DNA of 63,991 bases, the filler included, from Octopus bimaculoides (lineage: Eukaryota), in NCBI RefSeq assembly GCF_001194135.2. It is 6 parts of 6 records of this genome, joined end to end, with 100 filler letters (N's around TTAATTAATTAA, not from the genome) between each part and the next. Parts side by side here need not be neighbours in the genome. Positions count along the whole stretch, not along the records: positions 47,123 to 60,992 come from NC_068982.1; positions 61,093 to 62,878 come from NC_069003.1; 4 more parts are not named here. One strand, written 5' to 3'. Shown piece by piece: positions 50,261-62,978 of the stretch; the stretch's first letter is position 1; each line of letters starts with the position of its first letter. Under the pieces are notes generated by a model that was given only the letters and a program-made list of their open reading frames with translations, searched no databases and was not told the origin of the DNA. A program made the translations under genes and the position numbers.

Positions 50261-52290
50261 AAACTGGAATTTGCGATATTATTTTTAATTTTGTAGTCAC
50301 AATTGTTGCGATAAAAAAATTGAAAATACTTTTCATGAATATAGGAGGACCTTGAAATACTTTCATGCAAGTGATGTATAAGTTAGTATCCTGCACACAA
50401 ACAGGAGGTGCCCGAGTTTACAGGTCGTCTGAGTAATATCTAGTTTAACTTTCAAATAGCAATCTTTTTTGTAAATCATAACAACGCATATGGGTGGTAG
50501 AAACTGCATGTAATCTAAAACTCGATTACACAGGGAAATTATCAAACTTCTCTCATAAATGAACTCTTCATACCACATATATCTAATTTAATCTGATAGA
50601 ATTTAATTTGATTTAATTTAATCTCATTTAACACCTAGCTGTTTTACAAAACATTGAATAATAACAAATTCACAATCCAACGAGAAAAACATTTTGACCT
50701 ACTTAAATGTCTAGGGTTCTCATTTCGAACTTAAACCTAAGGTCGGGATGAGGTCAACTACGCAGTAATTTTTATAGCCATATCAAGTTTCTAAATCTCC
50801 CCCTCACTTTCTTTTTTCTTTCTAAAACCATAGTAACTTGACAAAATGTCTTAGCTACGCATAAATACGCTCAGTTCGCGTCAAACCACATCTGCAGACT
50901 GACCTTGAATAAAAGTAGATAGTCGAAAATAGCTAGATGCAAATACAATTGCTAATTCTCTATGCAGCAGAAACACGTGTCGGTCACATCTAAAGCAATT
51001 ATGCTGTATAATTAACTGTAAAAATAAAATGAAAAATACAAAAGATGTAGTTGTACCCATTTCGGTATTCATTGTAATCGTCTTAGATTTACGCTCCCGA
51101 AAATATTCATAATCCAGGTAAGCAAACCCAGTATTTACCTATCGGATGAATTACAGTGCGATTGTTCACCCTAAGTCATCCTAGGTGGTCCCTACTACTC
51201 GATGCAGTTAGCTTGAACCTTGATAATAACTGAGTACTCGTACAGTACCCGCCTGGAAAGTTTATCCATAACGCCATGCATCCATTTCCAAATAAGTTTT
51301 ATCTTATATATATATATATATATACATATTTGAAGAAAAGCAACAAAAATGTATTAGGTTATAGCAGTACGTACGTTTCGTACAAACTTCATTTATTTAT
51401 GTAGTGAGAACACCACATAAGATGTGCAATGAAAATGTACTCCTCAGCTGCATAATGGAAGTTCATTTCAGGAAGTCATTTTGTAAATGTGTGCAGATAC
51501 AAGAGTAGGAGATGAAGAAAATACCATCTTGACTGGGCTGTTAATCAACAGTCTAGTGAACCAAACAGGAATTTAATTTCTATATATTCTATTTGTTCTT
51601 CTTTCCAGAAGGAGGGGTAAGATAGCAGTAATTTCAATTNNNNNNNNNNNNNNNNNNNNNNNNNNNNNNNNNNNNNNNNNNNNNNNNNNNNNNNNNNNNN
51701 NNNNNNNNNNNNNNNNNNNNNNNNNNNNNNNNNNNNNNNNNNNNNNNNNNNNNNNNNNNNNNNNNNNNNNNNNNNNNNNNNNNNNNNNNNNNNNNNNNNN
51801 NNNNNNNNNNNNNNNNNNNNNNNNNNNNNNNNNNNNNNNNNNNNNNNNNNNNNNNNNNNNNNNNNNNNNNNNNNNNNNNNNNNNNNNNNNNNNNNNNNNN
51901 NNNNNNNNNNNNNNNNNNNNNNNNNNNNNNNNNNNNNNNNNNNNNNNNNNNNNNNNNNNNNNNNNNNNNNNNNNNNNNNNNNNNNNNNNNNNNNNNNNNN
52001 NNNNNNNNNNNNNNNNNNNNNNNNNNNNNNNNNNNNNNNNNNNNNNNNNNNNNNNNNNNNNNNNNNNNNNNNNNNNNNNNNNNNNNNNNNNNNNNNNNNN
52101 NNNNNNNNNNNNNNNNNNNNNNNNNNNNNNNNNNNNNNNNNNNNNNNNNNNNNNNNNNNNNNNNNNNNNNNNNNNNNNNNNNNNNNNNNNNNNNNNNNNN
52201 NNNNNNNNNNNNNNNNNNNNNNNNNNNNNNNNNNNNNNNNNNNNNNNNNNNNNNNNNNNNNNNNNNNNNNNNNNNNNNNNNNNNNNNNNN

Positions 52291-52566
52291 CGTCTCGCAC
52301 GTCATCAGGAATGGTTTTCATTAGAACAAAAGACCAAAAGAAAACACAATGAATCGATCGAACAGATCAAATTATTAAAAATCATTAAAAACTATACCAT
52401 TTTCGTTCACCATGTCGTTTGTTTAAAAACGTAAACAAACCACATGGTGAACGAAAATGGTATAGTTTTTAATAATTTTTAATAATTTGATCTGTTCGAT
52501 CGATTCATTGTGTTTTCTTTTGGTCTTTTGTTCTAATGAAAACCATTCCTGATGACGTGCGAGACG
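52291..52566. repeat. Near-perfect palindrome with 125-bp arms (1 mismatch), abutting an N gap
   Basis: 52291-52415 versus 52442-52566; the 26-nt centre itself pairs GTTTGTTTA/TAAACAAAC. Confidence 0.92.
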
Positions 52567-52965
52567 TTTAATATTTAACTTATTGATGGTTGAATATAGT
52601 CAAGCACAGAAATGTCTGCATTGAATGTAAAATAATGGATAAAATCTACGGTGTTGAATTTCTCTCTTTTTGAATGTATAAATTTGAAACCTTGGATATA
52701 TATATATATACATACATAGTAAAATAAAGATTCAGATAGAATCAGGTACTTGAAAAGATATGCAGCAGGTAGGGTTGGATAATTTCTGTGATTCCGGCCT
52801 ATGGTTGGTAAATATCAAATAGGATATTCCAGTTGTGTACACACAGAAAACCAACCCGATGAGTATTTAGCGTCTAGGGGTTGGTCCAAATCACACGTTA
52901 CTTTGAATAGTTCGTTGTTGATATACTCTATGGTGTCCGACAAGTCGTAAATTCCCTTTGTGTAT

Positions 52966-53582
52966 TATAATCAAATGAGTAATAACATACGATAGGTAAT
53001 TGTTAGTTCATTACAGCTGTTTCTTACGTAACTTTTTAGTAGAAGAATGAGAACATTACTCCATAACAAAAGACTGTAATCATCAGATGAGAAGTAATTT
53101 TACAAACAAAAGAATATCCCAAGAATACAGCAGGGATGTGGCTGAAGTCTATCGAGGCCAACTATGAAATGGGAGACTGACCAACTAAATTGGCCGTTGA
53201 GTTTAAGAATACAGTTCTTGAAAGTGTGTAATATGATATCTAAGGTCAGTGACCCGGGTGAGAAAGGAGTCTGCTAGACTAGTTCATAGGTAGACTGGAG
53301 TGCAGTGTAGATGATATTTTATTATAGTAGGCTTAGAGCAGTATGAAGTAAGAAAAGATCTAGTTGGTCAGTCTCCCATTTCATAGTTGGCCTCGACAGA
53401 CTTCAGCCACATCCCTGCTGTATTCTTGGGATATTCTTTTGTTTGTAAAATTACTTCTCATCCGATGATTACAGTCTTTTATAATGGAATAATGTTCTCA
53501 TTCTTCTGTTAAAAACTTACGTAAGAAACAGTTGTAATGAGCTGACAATTATCCATCGTATGTTATTATTCATTTGATTATA
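52966..53582. mobile_element. 617-bp fold-back element with 225-bp inverted arms
   Basis: 52966-53190 versus 53358-53582, 15 mismatches and no indels by hand alignment; 167-bp spacer; TA-rich junctions. Confidence 0.85.
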
Positions 53583-53587
53583 TATAG

Positions 53588-53648
<61 letters not shown>

Positions 53649-56600
53649 GAGAGAGGGGGAGAGATAGATATACGTAATTATGTATGTATACGACAGGCTT
53701 CCACACAGTTTCCGCCTATTAACTTCCTTCGCAAGGTATACATCCAGATTAATTCAGAATAGTTTTTAATGATTCTTTAATATTTTTATTTTCTCATTTC
53801 AAATTTCTGAAGAAGATACTTTTTTTTAAAGATTAAATAAGTATAGAATGTTCCATTTTTGGATAGAAACTTTACAAGTCTTCTAAGTGCTGGAAGAAAT
53901 TACGAAAAAAAAGCAGAAAAAAGTGTTAGCGGAGAAAGGACTATTCTAGTGATAATTCATTTCTACATAGTTTTACAACCTAGAGAATATTTTTTAGAAT
54001 TGAAGTAAAAATGAAGCAATGATTTTCTCAAGACTATCAGTGCTATTAGAGCAGTTAAAAAATTCCAACTGAGCTTGGAACAACAGCCATTAGCTTACTA
54101 GTGGATTACTAACGATTTGTCTCTTGTTCTACAAATTTGTCGTTTCCATATGTTGAGTTTCTTTTGTTTTAATTTCATTATATCCTACAATAGGAATCGA
54201 AACTGAATCCCAACTTTGTTGGTCTTTAATTTATGAAACTCCTGGGGAAAATAATAAATAAAAAATACTAGGAGTTTCACTCCAAAATACTGAAGTTATA
54301 AGCCAGCAGGAGAAATCTATCGTGACATTTTAAAGTTGGAAGAGGTACATTTGGAAGCTTGCGCTGGTTTAGATTAGTTGATGAATAGAAAGAGAATAAC
54401 TGGAATTTTAAAGCTGGGTAAGTTTATTAAGCAAGATAATGGCCCAACAAGAGGTCTTCATGATTATTCGACAGGCTAGAAATAGCATCAACCGTCCTCA
54501 AAATTGAAGTAAGTCTTAGGCGTGTCTGAAAAGAAAATGTAATAACTATGACTGGAATCCTTTTCATCAGAAGTCGGTTCTAAGACTAACCTGGTAGTAA
54601 ATGTCATCAGATATTTTTGAAGTGGTGAGGTATGAATTTTTAAGTCGCTCCAGCCGGTCACTGATTCTTATTTTATCCATCTCTCTTTTCCTGTAAGGAA
54701 ATCGTCTTTTCTGTAAGGAAATCGATATGCATTTATTTCACTCAGCAGAAAAGCTTCGTGATTTGGGAGAAAGTAAAATAATACATTAACAAGAAATAAA
54801 ATATTGTGACTTTTAAAAACTTACCAAGGTCATTGCTTACGAAAGAGAAGCACAATAGATTGAAAGTCAGACAATTACCTTTTGTTGTAAAGTTCTTACT
54901 ACTAAAAGAGAAATAATATTGAGGAACACATAGTAGAGGATAATCCAAATACACCGACGTTTTACAATTTAAAGAAATAAAAGAAAAGGCAGTGCAACAA
55001 CAGCAAAAGCAACACCAGACTACAGTAAATGATAAATATTTATTTTACCGACCCTTTACAGAGAAAATTTAAGAGTACCCAGGTGGAATAATTTTCAAAT
55101 CTTGATTTGTAAAAAAAGAGGCAGAATTGTAGAAATAGTTATGTCTGAGAAAGCACTTTTCAGTATTTAGTCTCGCTCCCTCTACATTTTGTTCTTCATA
55201 GTTGTAGAGTTCGTCAAATATTAACCATGTACTATGAATAGATTCAAAATTTTGCACCTCTCATCTACAAATTTGTGGCTCTGAACTAAATGTTGCTTTT
55301 TAAGCAATCAATACTGTAAAGTTTGTTTTACGTTAAATAAGAAAGAACAAAAAGAACGAATTAATTAATTTTTTTCTTGTTCTCATTTGAAAACTGCTTG
55401 CCTTTTGCCGACTGATATTAGGAATTTGAAAAGCATTGGTGATGTTTAGGGCTTGGAGATTTGTTACAAAGCTCAGTATATCTGACTATCGTGAACAAGT
55501 GAACATGACAAAATGAGATTAGAGGAAAAGAGATTTGTTTCGGGCATTTATCAACTTTTCTTCACTGGAAGTTTATTCTTCCTTCGGTAAAGAAAACTGA
55601 CACATCATCGAGTAAAACAAAAACAAAGAAAGAAGAAGCATTCATGGAAATTAAATCCCATCTTAAAAATGAAATCAAATGCAAAGTTGAAATGGAAATG
55701 TGTAAAACGTTATAGTGTGAAATGTTTCTTAGTTGAGACGTAAAAAAATGTCACGATTAGTCGAAAACTTAGATGGATTCTGAAATGCAAGCACGATCAA
55801 CAAATGCAAGAATTCTCTGAGACAAAAAAAAAATAGAGTAAGATAAGAATTAAACATACTTTAGTCAGATTATGTAAAGAAGAAAATGCCAATATGTTTA
55901 CAATAAACTATATTGCATTGATGATTTTAGCAGTAGCTTTGCCAAACCAAATGTATTTTTCAAACAATGCAATATATTATGTAAGTAAATGGGGCAAAGA
56001 ATCAGTATTGAAAATTAAGTTAAGGCTTAAAAGTAAGCAATTTCCGAAGAACTAAATGTTAGAATCACTTTCCGCTGAGCCAACATACAAAGGTCACTTA
56101 CATTCTCTAAGTACTGTAGTACAACATGCATCCACCCCATGACAGATTTTCACTACCACCATCTGCTGCTTCAACTAGTCATCCTTCCTAACTTTCTCCC
56201 TCTGAGCCTCTTATTTTATTACCCTTATCTTTTCCATCTCTTTTTTTCCTTAAAAAATGACAAAAGTATGTGCAACCTTTTCGATCAGGAAATGCCTTTT
56301 TTCTCCAGTAACTATATCTCAGCACATTAAATACTCCCGCTCAATGATGTACCTCTTGTCCTTCATCTCCAGCAATACTCTCATAACTGGCTTTCAAATT
56401 CCAATTTCAAGTCACTCACTACTTTGACCGTACTTCTACCTTAATCGACTTACTTCTCCTTACCATATTTGCATTGTGGTGATGTTTATAATTTTTTGTT
56501 CAAATGTGCCACCACCTCCTGCTTTTCAAATTGCCATCCCTGTTAATGATAATCTCCTATGTGACGTCTCTCCTTCTGATCTTTCCCATTTAACTTTTTC

Positions 56601-57009
56601 AAATCTACTACTACTCCCGTTTATAATCTATTTTCTTTTGCTACTATCAAACACGAGCGTGCCGTCTTGTGATCTTCTCCACATTTATTCATCACTATTT
56701 TCCGCCTCCCTTATTCAGTATTTCCTCTTGTTTTTTCGTGTGTAACACTGATACCTATTTCACATGGGTACTGTTTATATGGCATATGAAATAGTAAATA
56801 AGTTGCATTTGACATCCATACATTGCCATTATGCGTAGAGCCGACCAGGTCCACCAGTGCTCTCCCTCGTCGGCGGTCATGTGCCATCCCCTCTGCATTC
56901 TCCAAGGCGGTCGGCTCCACGCATGATGACGCCTCTGAGACCACTAACCTGGGATGACCCCAACCCCATCAAGTAAGGGCGTAAAGCAAGCATTCATACA
57001 TTGAGTTTA

Positions 57010-57470
57010 GTAATAATAAACAACTTATTTAGACACGAATCACAACATTATAAGAGTTTTGTTGGGGTTAATTTAATTAACTAACTCTCTTCTGAAAATT
57101 ATTAGTTTGTACCTAAAGTAGGTTTGGTGACAAGTTTCTTCAAATTCCAAGAATCTTTCTTGGGTTTTTTGCAGATTACAGAATAAAGGATATCACTTTT
57201 CTACAGATCGACAATCTACTACCCCTCAGTGTATCAATACCAATTTCCTTCAGCTTCGCGATGGCTCGAACTTTGTGCCGAATGCGCCAAGTGCAACAAG
57301 AACAATTTTTTACTCCTGTGTTCCAAAATCTCGCTCTCATGAAGCTCCGTGTATTTCTCTATTTTTCCAGTTTTTCTGAACTTAACTCTACTTTCATACA
57401 AGATTACAACATCGCCACTTGTTTTTTTTTTTTCTTTATGAGCATATCTGATGCCCTAGCTACAAAAAAA
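57010..57470 (-). mobile_element. Highly decayed R4/Dong-type 3' fragment
   Basis: Frame-hopping remnants ASDMLIKK, KIEKYTEL, IVLVALGAFGT, RKILGI*. Confidence 0.55.
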
Positions 57471-57859
57471 TTCTGTCTTTATTAAAGAATCTCAAAAATT
57501 ATATAATTATCATTCAAGATGACTGCCTTTGGTCTGTGTTTAAATGACTTTTCTCTTACTTCAAATCCACAGACTAACATCGTAACACACACTTTACTAA
57601 TTCAATCATGTGTGCGTGTATACTCATTTCGTGCTAGCTAACTGCACTCACTCAGAAAATTATTGATATTTTTGTCTCCTTTTCTACACATTCTTTATTT
57701 GCTGTCTGACAGAATTTTATCAAATGTTATCATTATCAAATCATATTAATGGCTCGTTTCTGATTCAGTTTCCTGTTTCTGCTTTCTATTAGCTACAATC
57801 AGCTGTCTTCACTTCCAGTATCATTAGTTTATAGCATGGATTGGGCACGGTCCACTATT

Positions 57860-57961
57860 ACTATTGTTGTTTTTGTTGATGTTCTTCGTATTTTTGTTGT
57901 TGTTATTGTTGTTGTTGTTGTTGTTGTTCTTCTTCTTCTTCTTCTTCTTCTTCTTCTTCTT

Positions 57962-57991
<30 letters not shown>
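57860..57991. repeat. (TTG)n followed by (TTC)n microsatellite
   Basis: Direct reading. Confidence 0.95.
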
Positions 57992-57992
<1 letters not shown>

Positions 57993-58378
57993 AGGCGGGC
58001 AGCCGGCAGAATTGTTAGTGCCTCGGATGACATGTTTAGCGGTATTTCATCCGGCACTTTACGCTCTGACTTCAAATTCTGCTGATGCTGACTTTGTTTT
58101 ACATCCTTTCAGGATCGGTAAAATAAGTACCGGTTAAGCACTGCTGTCAGTGTAATTCACCAACTCCTCCTCTTAAAATTACTGGTCTTGTGCCAAAATT
58201 TGAAAGCATTATTATTAGTAGTAGTATTAATATTAGTATTCATCTTTTTTTACGTTCTGGGTTCAAATACCACCGAAGTCGACTTAGCCTTTCATCCTTT
58301 CGAGATCGATAAAAGTACCAGTTGAGCACTGAGGTCAATGTGATCGGCTTGCTGGCCTTGTGCAAAAATTGAAACCAT
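57992..58378 (+). mobile_element. Family A SINE (57992-58210) and a partial second copy (58250-58378)
   Basis: GGCGGGCAGCCGGCAGAATTGTTAG..TTCAAATTCTGCTG..AAAATAAGTACC. Confidence 0.75.
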
Positions 58379-58829
58379 TATTATTATTGTTGTTGTTGTT
58401 GTTATTGTGGTCGCCATACTGTGAAGTTACGGAAATTTGGTGCTCCGTCAGTTGAAAAAGTGCTTGTAATCTTTTCGGCCTTCTAAGGCCTTGTGTTTTC
58501 ATTTTTATTGTTACCATTGCATTTCTGAGATTGTCTGGACTGCGCAGATAGTATTTTGTGTAGAAAGGCACCCTGTTTTGCAGGGGGTGCGCATCAATAA
58601 TTTGAAAAATTTTAACTACTTACGGCAAAAGCAAATATTTACAATTTTCTGTGATTATTTAAAGATGGCTGATAAAGAAGCCATCATAATGTTCGACAAA
58701 GGAACGAGATCCTCATCGGAAAAAATTGAGAATAAGAACATCGAATGGTCTAAACTTAATGACGTCACTGAGGCGAATATGTTCCACTTTAGATATTTAT
58801 AGAGAATTAGTACCGGGGAAGTGCGACGA

Positions 58830-59700
58830 CGTCCTCGGGGAGACCCTAGGCGTTGACAAAGATGAACTGGCAAGTTTATTCCAAAGGACTTTCCGGTTGG
58901 GGACTGTTATGGATAATTTCCAGATGTATTTGCCCCGGCATTGTTACCGGGGCACGCTACTGGTTCGAGATAAACTCTACAGGCACAGATGTGTTGTCAG
59001 TCGGGCTTGTTCGAGGTGCTCGCAGAGCGACGAAACCATTCTGCATGCACTCGTTCAGTGTCTGGGCATTGCTGACGTGTGGAGTTATGTCGAACAGCTA
59101 TTGTTGCGTTGCGGGACGAATCCGTCTGCCAGCCGAGTCCATAATGATGGTTGCCCCGCTGCCTTCCTTTCATCGAGCAGGCAAGGCAGTTTTCTTTTAT
59201 CTGGTGGCTGTGGCGAAAGAGGTTGTCTAGTGGACGCGGCTGAGAGGAATGAGGACAGAAACATTACTCTTTGGTAAAAATCCTCATCGACTTTTTCAAG
59301 TTTCACTTGAAAAGGAAAGTGAGGATGGAGAGGGAAGTGCTGTCCTTGAGTGGATTTATGAAGAGATGGGTGAAAGTTACGAAAATGGCAAGAGTGGATG
59401 ATACCACTCTCAGTGTAGACCTGTGAGTCGAAAGAGAAGAGATAGAGAGGGCACTCGTCCTCGGTATTCAGAGTAATCTTGGAAGGTGGGGTTGCTCGAT
59501 TATCCCTAGAGGTCCTCCTGTATCAGGGGAACCCCATAACTATAACTTTTTTTTCTAGTGTCGTATACTATGTATACTTCCCTTCTAATGTATACCGTGT
59601 ATACATTTTTTCTTAATAATCAAACCCCAACACTTTACATCTGTCTTTGTATTGCCCCCTTATCATTCGCGCTGGTGGCAAATAAAGGAAATTATTACTA
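58830..59700 (+). mobile_element. Tx1/L1-group LINE 3' fragment with C-terminal zinc knuckle and 3' UTR
   Basis: ACSRCSQSDETILHALVQC..VWSYVEQLL, then frameshifted FFYLVAVAKEVV*W..FFKFHLKRK; ends AATAAAGGAAATTATTACTATT. Confidence 0.75.
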
Positions 59701-59724
59701 TTATTATTATTATTATTATGATTT

Positions 59725-59888
59725 AGGCGCAAGAGTAGCTGTGTGGTAAGTAGCTTGCTTACCAACCACATGGTTCCGGGTTCAGTCCCACTGCGTGGAA
59801 CCTTGGGCAAGTGTCTTCTACTATAGCCTCGGGCCGACCAAAGCCTTGTGAGTTGATTTGTTAGACGGAAACTGAAAGAAGCCCGTCG

Positions 59889-59952
<64 letters not shown>

Positions 59953-60143
59953 TCTGTGTTTGTCGCCCACCATCAATTGACAACTGATGCTGGTGTGTTT
60001 ACGTACCCGTAACTTAACGGTTCGGCAATAAGAGGCCGATAGAATAAGTACTAGGCTTACAAAGAATAAGTCCTGGGGTCGATTTGCTCGACTAAAGGCG
60101 GTGCTCCAGCATGGCCGCAGTCAGATGACTGAAACAAGTAAAA
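59725..60143 (+). mobile_element. Near full-length family B SINE with internal (TA)n(TG)n
   Basis: GGCGCAAGAGTAGCTGTGTGGTAAG..GGTTCAGTCCC head; 3' GACTGAAACAAGTAAAA. Confidence 0.9.
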
Positions 60144-60166
60144 CAATTATTATTATTATCATTATT

Positions 60167-60640
60167 AAAGCGGTGAGCTGCTAGTACTGTTAGCGTGCTG
60201 GATGAAATGCTTAGCGGCATTTCACCCGTCGCTATGTTCTGAGTTCAAATTCCGCCGAGGTCGACTTTGCCTTTCATCCTTTCGGGGTCGATAAATTAAG
60301 TACCAGTTGAACACTTGGGTCGATGTAATCGACACATCTCCGCCTTCTAAATGGCTGCCTTTGTGGAAAAATTTGAAACCATTATTATTATTATTATTAT
60401 CATTACTTCAAATTTAAACACAAGGCCGGCAACTTTGAGGGAGGGTATAATCAATTAATACAGTAACTGGTACTATATTTATCAACACTTGAAGAATGAA
60501 TGGTAGAGTTGACTTCAGTAGCCGTAACTAACAAAATGCTGGAGGAATTTTGCCTGCGCAAACAATTCTGTGAACCCAAATAATGCGCTAAGCATTTTGT
60601 CCGGCGTCTGAACAATACCACTAGTTTGCTGCCTTACTAA
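60167..60640. mobile_element. Family A SINE (+ 60167-60380) and an older inverted fragment (- 60420-60640)
   Basis: GTTCTGAGTTCAAATTCCGCCGAGGTCGACTTTGCCTTTCATCCTTTCGGGGTCGAT. Confidence 0.8.
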
Positions 60641-60725
60641 TAATAATGATGATCTTTTCGCCTTTTTGTTATAGGCACAAAACCTGAAATCTTGGAAATG
60701 GAGCGAGTCGATTACATCGACACCT

Positions 60726-60963
60726 TATTTTTATTTTTTATTGCCCACAAGGGGCTAAACATAGAGGGGACGAACAAGGACAGACAAAGGGACTAAGTCG
60801 ATTATATCGAATCCAGTGCGTAACTGGTACTTATTTAATCGACCCCGAAAGGATGAAAGGCAAAGTCGACCTCGGCGGAATTTGAACTCAGAACGTAGCG
60901 GCAGACGAAATACCGCTAAGCATTTCGCCCGGTGTGCTAACGTTTCTGCCATCTCGCTGCCTA
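60726..60963 (-). mobile_element. Young full-length family A SINE with an 18-bp target-site duplication, nested in an older SINE
   Basis: TCGATTACATCGACACCT (60708-60725) and TCGATTACATCGATACCT (60964-60981). Confidence 0.85.
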
Positions 60964-60992
60964 TCGATTACATCGATACCTGCTCAACTATT

Positions 60993-61092
60993 NNNNNNNN
61001 NNNNNNNNNNNNNNNNNNNNNNNNNNNNNNNNNNNNTTAATTAATTAANNNNNNNNNNNNNNNNNNNNNNNNNNNNNNNNNNNNNNNNNNNN
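60993..61092. other. Artificial scaffold-joining spacer
   Basis: N44-TTAATTAATTAA-N44. Confidence 0.95.
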
Positions 61093-61422
61093 TATATATA
61101 TATATATATATATGAGATAGACGAACATGAAACCATGAAGCCAGGCAATACAATTTTATGTAATCTAAATCACACAGACACACACACACACACACACACG
61201 ATAAATATGTATATATAGTCATGCATACGGATACGCATGAATATTTGTATAGACGTACGTGCTTACGTATGTATGCATGTATGTGTGTATGTATGCATGT
61301 ATGCATGTATGTATGTATGTATGTGTGTATCTATGTACGTTCGTTGGTATGTATGTACGTACGCTTGTTTGCCTGTCTGTCTGTTTGTCCTGTATGTATG
61401 TATGCATACATGTATCTGTTTC

Positions 61423-61475
<53 letters not shown>

Positions 61476-61764
61476 CTACCTACCTATCTATCTAATATGA
61501 ATAAACAAAGAGAACGTTAGCTAAAAGTCCCAACCAGTTATATAAACAATGATAATGTGCTTCTGTTTGTTTCACAAGGGATGGGGTAACCAGATACTGC
61601 AATAGAGATATCCATCTATGCTAAACAATTACGGAAACAAAAACAATTGAAGGAATTTCAATAACATTGGTGGCGGAAATGGCGGCATCAATAATAATAT
61701 TATTTATAAATAATTATTCCATGCTATTAAAAGTGAAAAATTACATAAAATAAGAATCAATTGG

Positions 61765-62340
61765 TTATTATTATTATTGTTGTTTACATTTTACTTTTCA
61801 GATCTTTCGATTTCACTTGCACCGTTTAATTCTCTAAGAGCGGACAACAACCTCTTCTCAAAAGTCTCACAGGCTGTTCTTCTCAAGTACCAGTCCCAAT
61901 ATCCTCGTTTCCCCCAATAAAACAGCTTTCTGCGCATGTTCTACCCTCATGTCTACCCCAAGTGTTCCAATACATTTCTCAAACCCCGTTGTTAATACTT
62001 CTAATACCCTTAAAACAATTGGGATGACAGAGTTACTTTCTTCATTGCCCACATTCGTGCAATCTCATCTTTTTCTAGTTCGTGTTCCTCAATCTTTTCC
62101 AGTTCTTTATCCGCCACTCGCACATCTCTAGGTTTGGCAAAATATCCAAGATCTTCGCTTCCGTCATCATTTTACCAACTACAACAACGTCTGCTCTTCA
62201 AGCATCAATCCCAGATTCGATCTTGATATCATTACTGAGTATCTGCACGATTGAAACCTGGCCACGGATTTCAAGCTCACTCTACCCAAATATCTTTAAG
62301 TCAACCATATTATACAAGTTATTCAACTTTTCTCCGCTTT
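61765..62340 (-). mobile_element. Decayed R4/Dong-type 3' fragment with an (AAT)n tail
   Basis: RADVVVVGK..ILDI / PRDVRVADKELEKIE..IARMWAMKKV / VEHAQKAVLLGETRIL. Confidence 0.75.
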
Positions 62341-62878
62341 TTAAGGTGCGCTCTAAATGTTATCAGATACTTGTATCAACTTCAGACTTTCTTAACTGTT
62401 TAACCAACTAACTAATCGATTGTTCGCTTAATCAGTCTATTAATCAATCAATCAGTTGTTTGATAAAGTCAAGTGATTGATTAAGCAAGCAATAAGATGA
62501 GTTGGTTGGGTAAACAATAAAACAATTTATTCATAATAAAGAAGTGAAATTGAACCAGTGCATGTTTTTATTATTGGTGCAATGACTCTCCCAAGGTATT
62601 ACAAAATTTCTTTCAGTACATCAAGAATATAAATCTTAAATTAGACATTTAACAGAAACAACGAAAACATTGTTGGGATGAGTGGCCAATGTTAAGTTTC
62701 CTGTTGAAAACACTTCTGTAATCAAAAGTACTTTATAGCCCATAAAACCTTCTTCAGTACCGCGCCCTTCCTAGACGGACAAAAGGACACTTTATCAGCC
62801 CCTTAGAAGATTAAAAGTACAGTTGATATATCTGGGACAAGTACTACTGCAACACACACACACACACACACACACACA

Positions 62879-62978
62879 NNNNNNNNNNNNNNNNNNNNNN
62901 NNNNNNNNNNNNNNNNNNNNNNTTAATTAATTAANNNNNNNNNNNNNNNNNNNNNNNNNNNNNNNNNNNNNNNNNNNN
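62879..62978. other. Artificial scaffold-joining spacer
   Basis: N44-TTAATTAATTAA-N44. Confidence 0.95.

Noticed and set aside
52856-52955. Open frame GIYDLSDTIEYINNELFKVTCDLDQPLDAKYSS next to the fold-back element
   Set aside because: Weak acceptor and donor, phase incompatible with the 47322-47439 candidate, and length within chance expectation
54230-54560. Tc1-like remnant (KQDNGPT motif)
   Set aside because: A single short motif amid many stops; cannot be supported without a profile search
56100-56720. Gag-like zinc knuckle (KCGEDHKTARSC) on the minus strand
   Set aside because: The first Cys is missing, the spacing is wrong and there is no sustained frame
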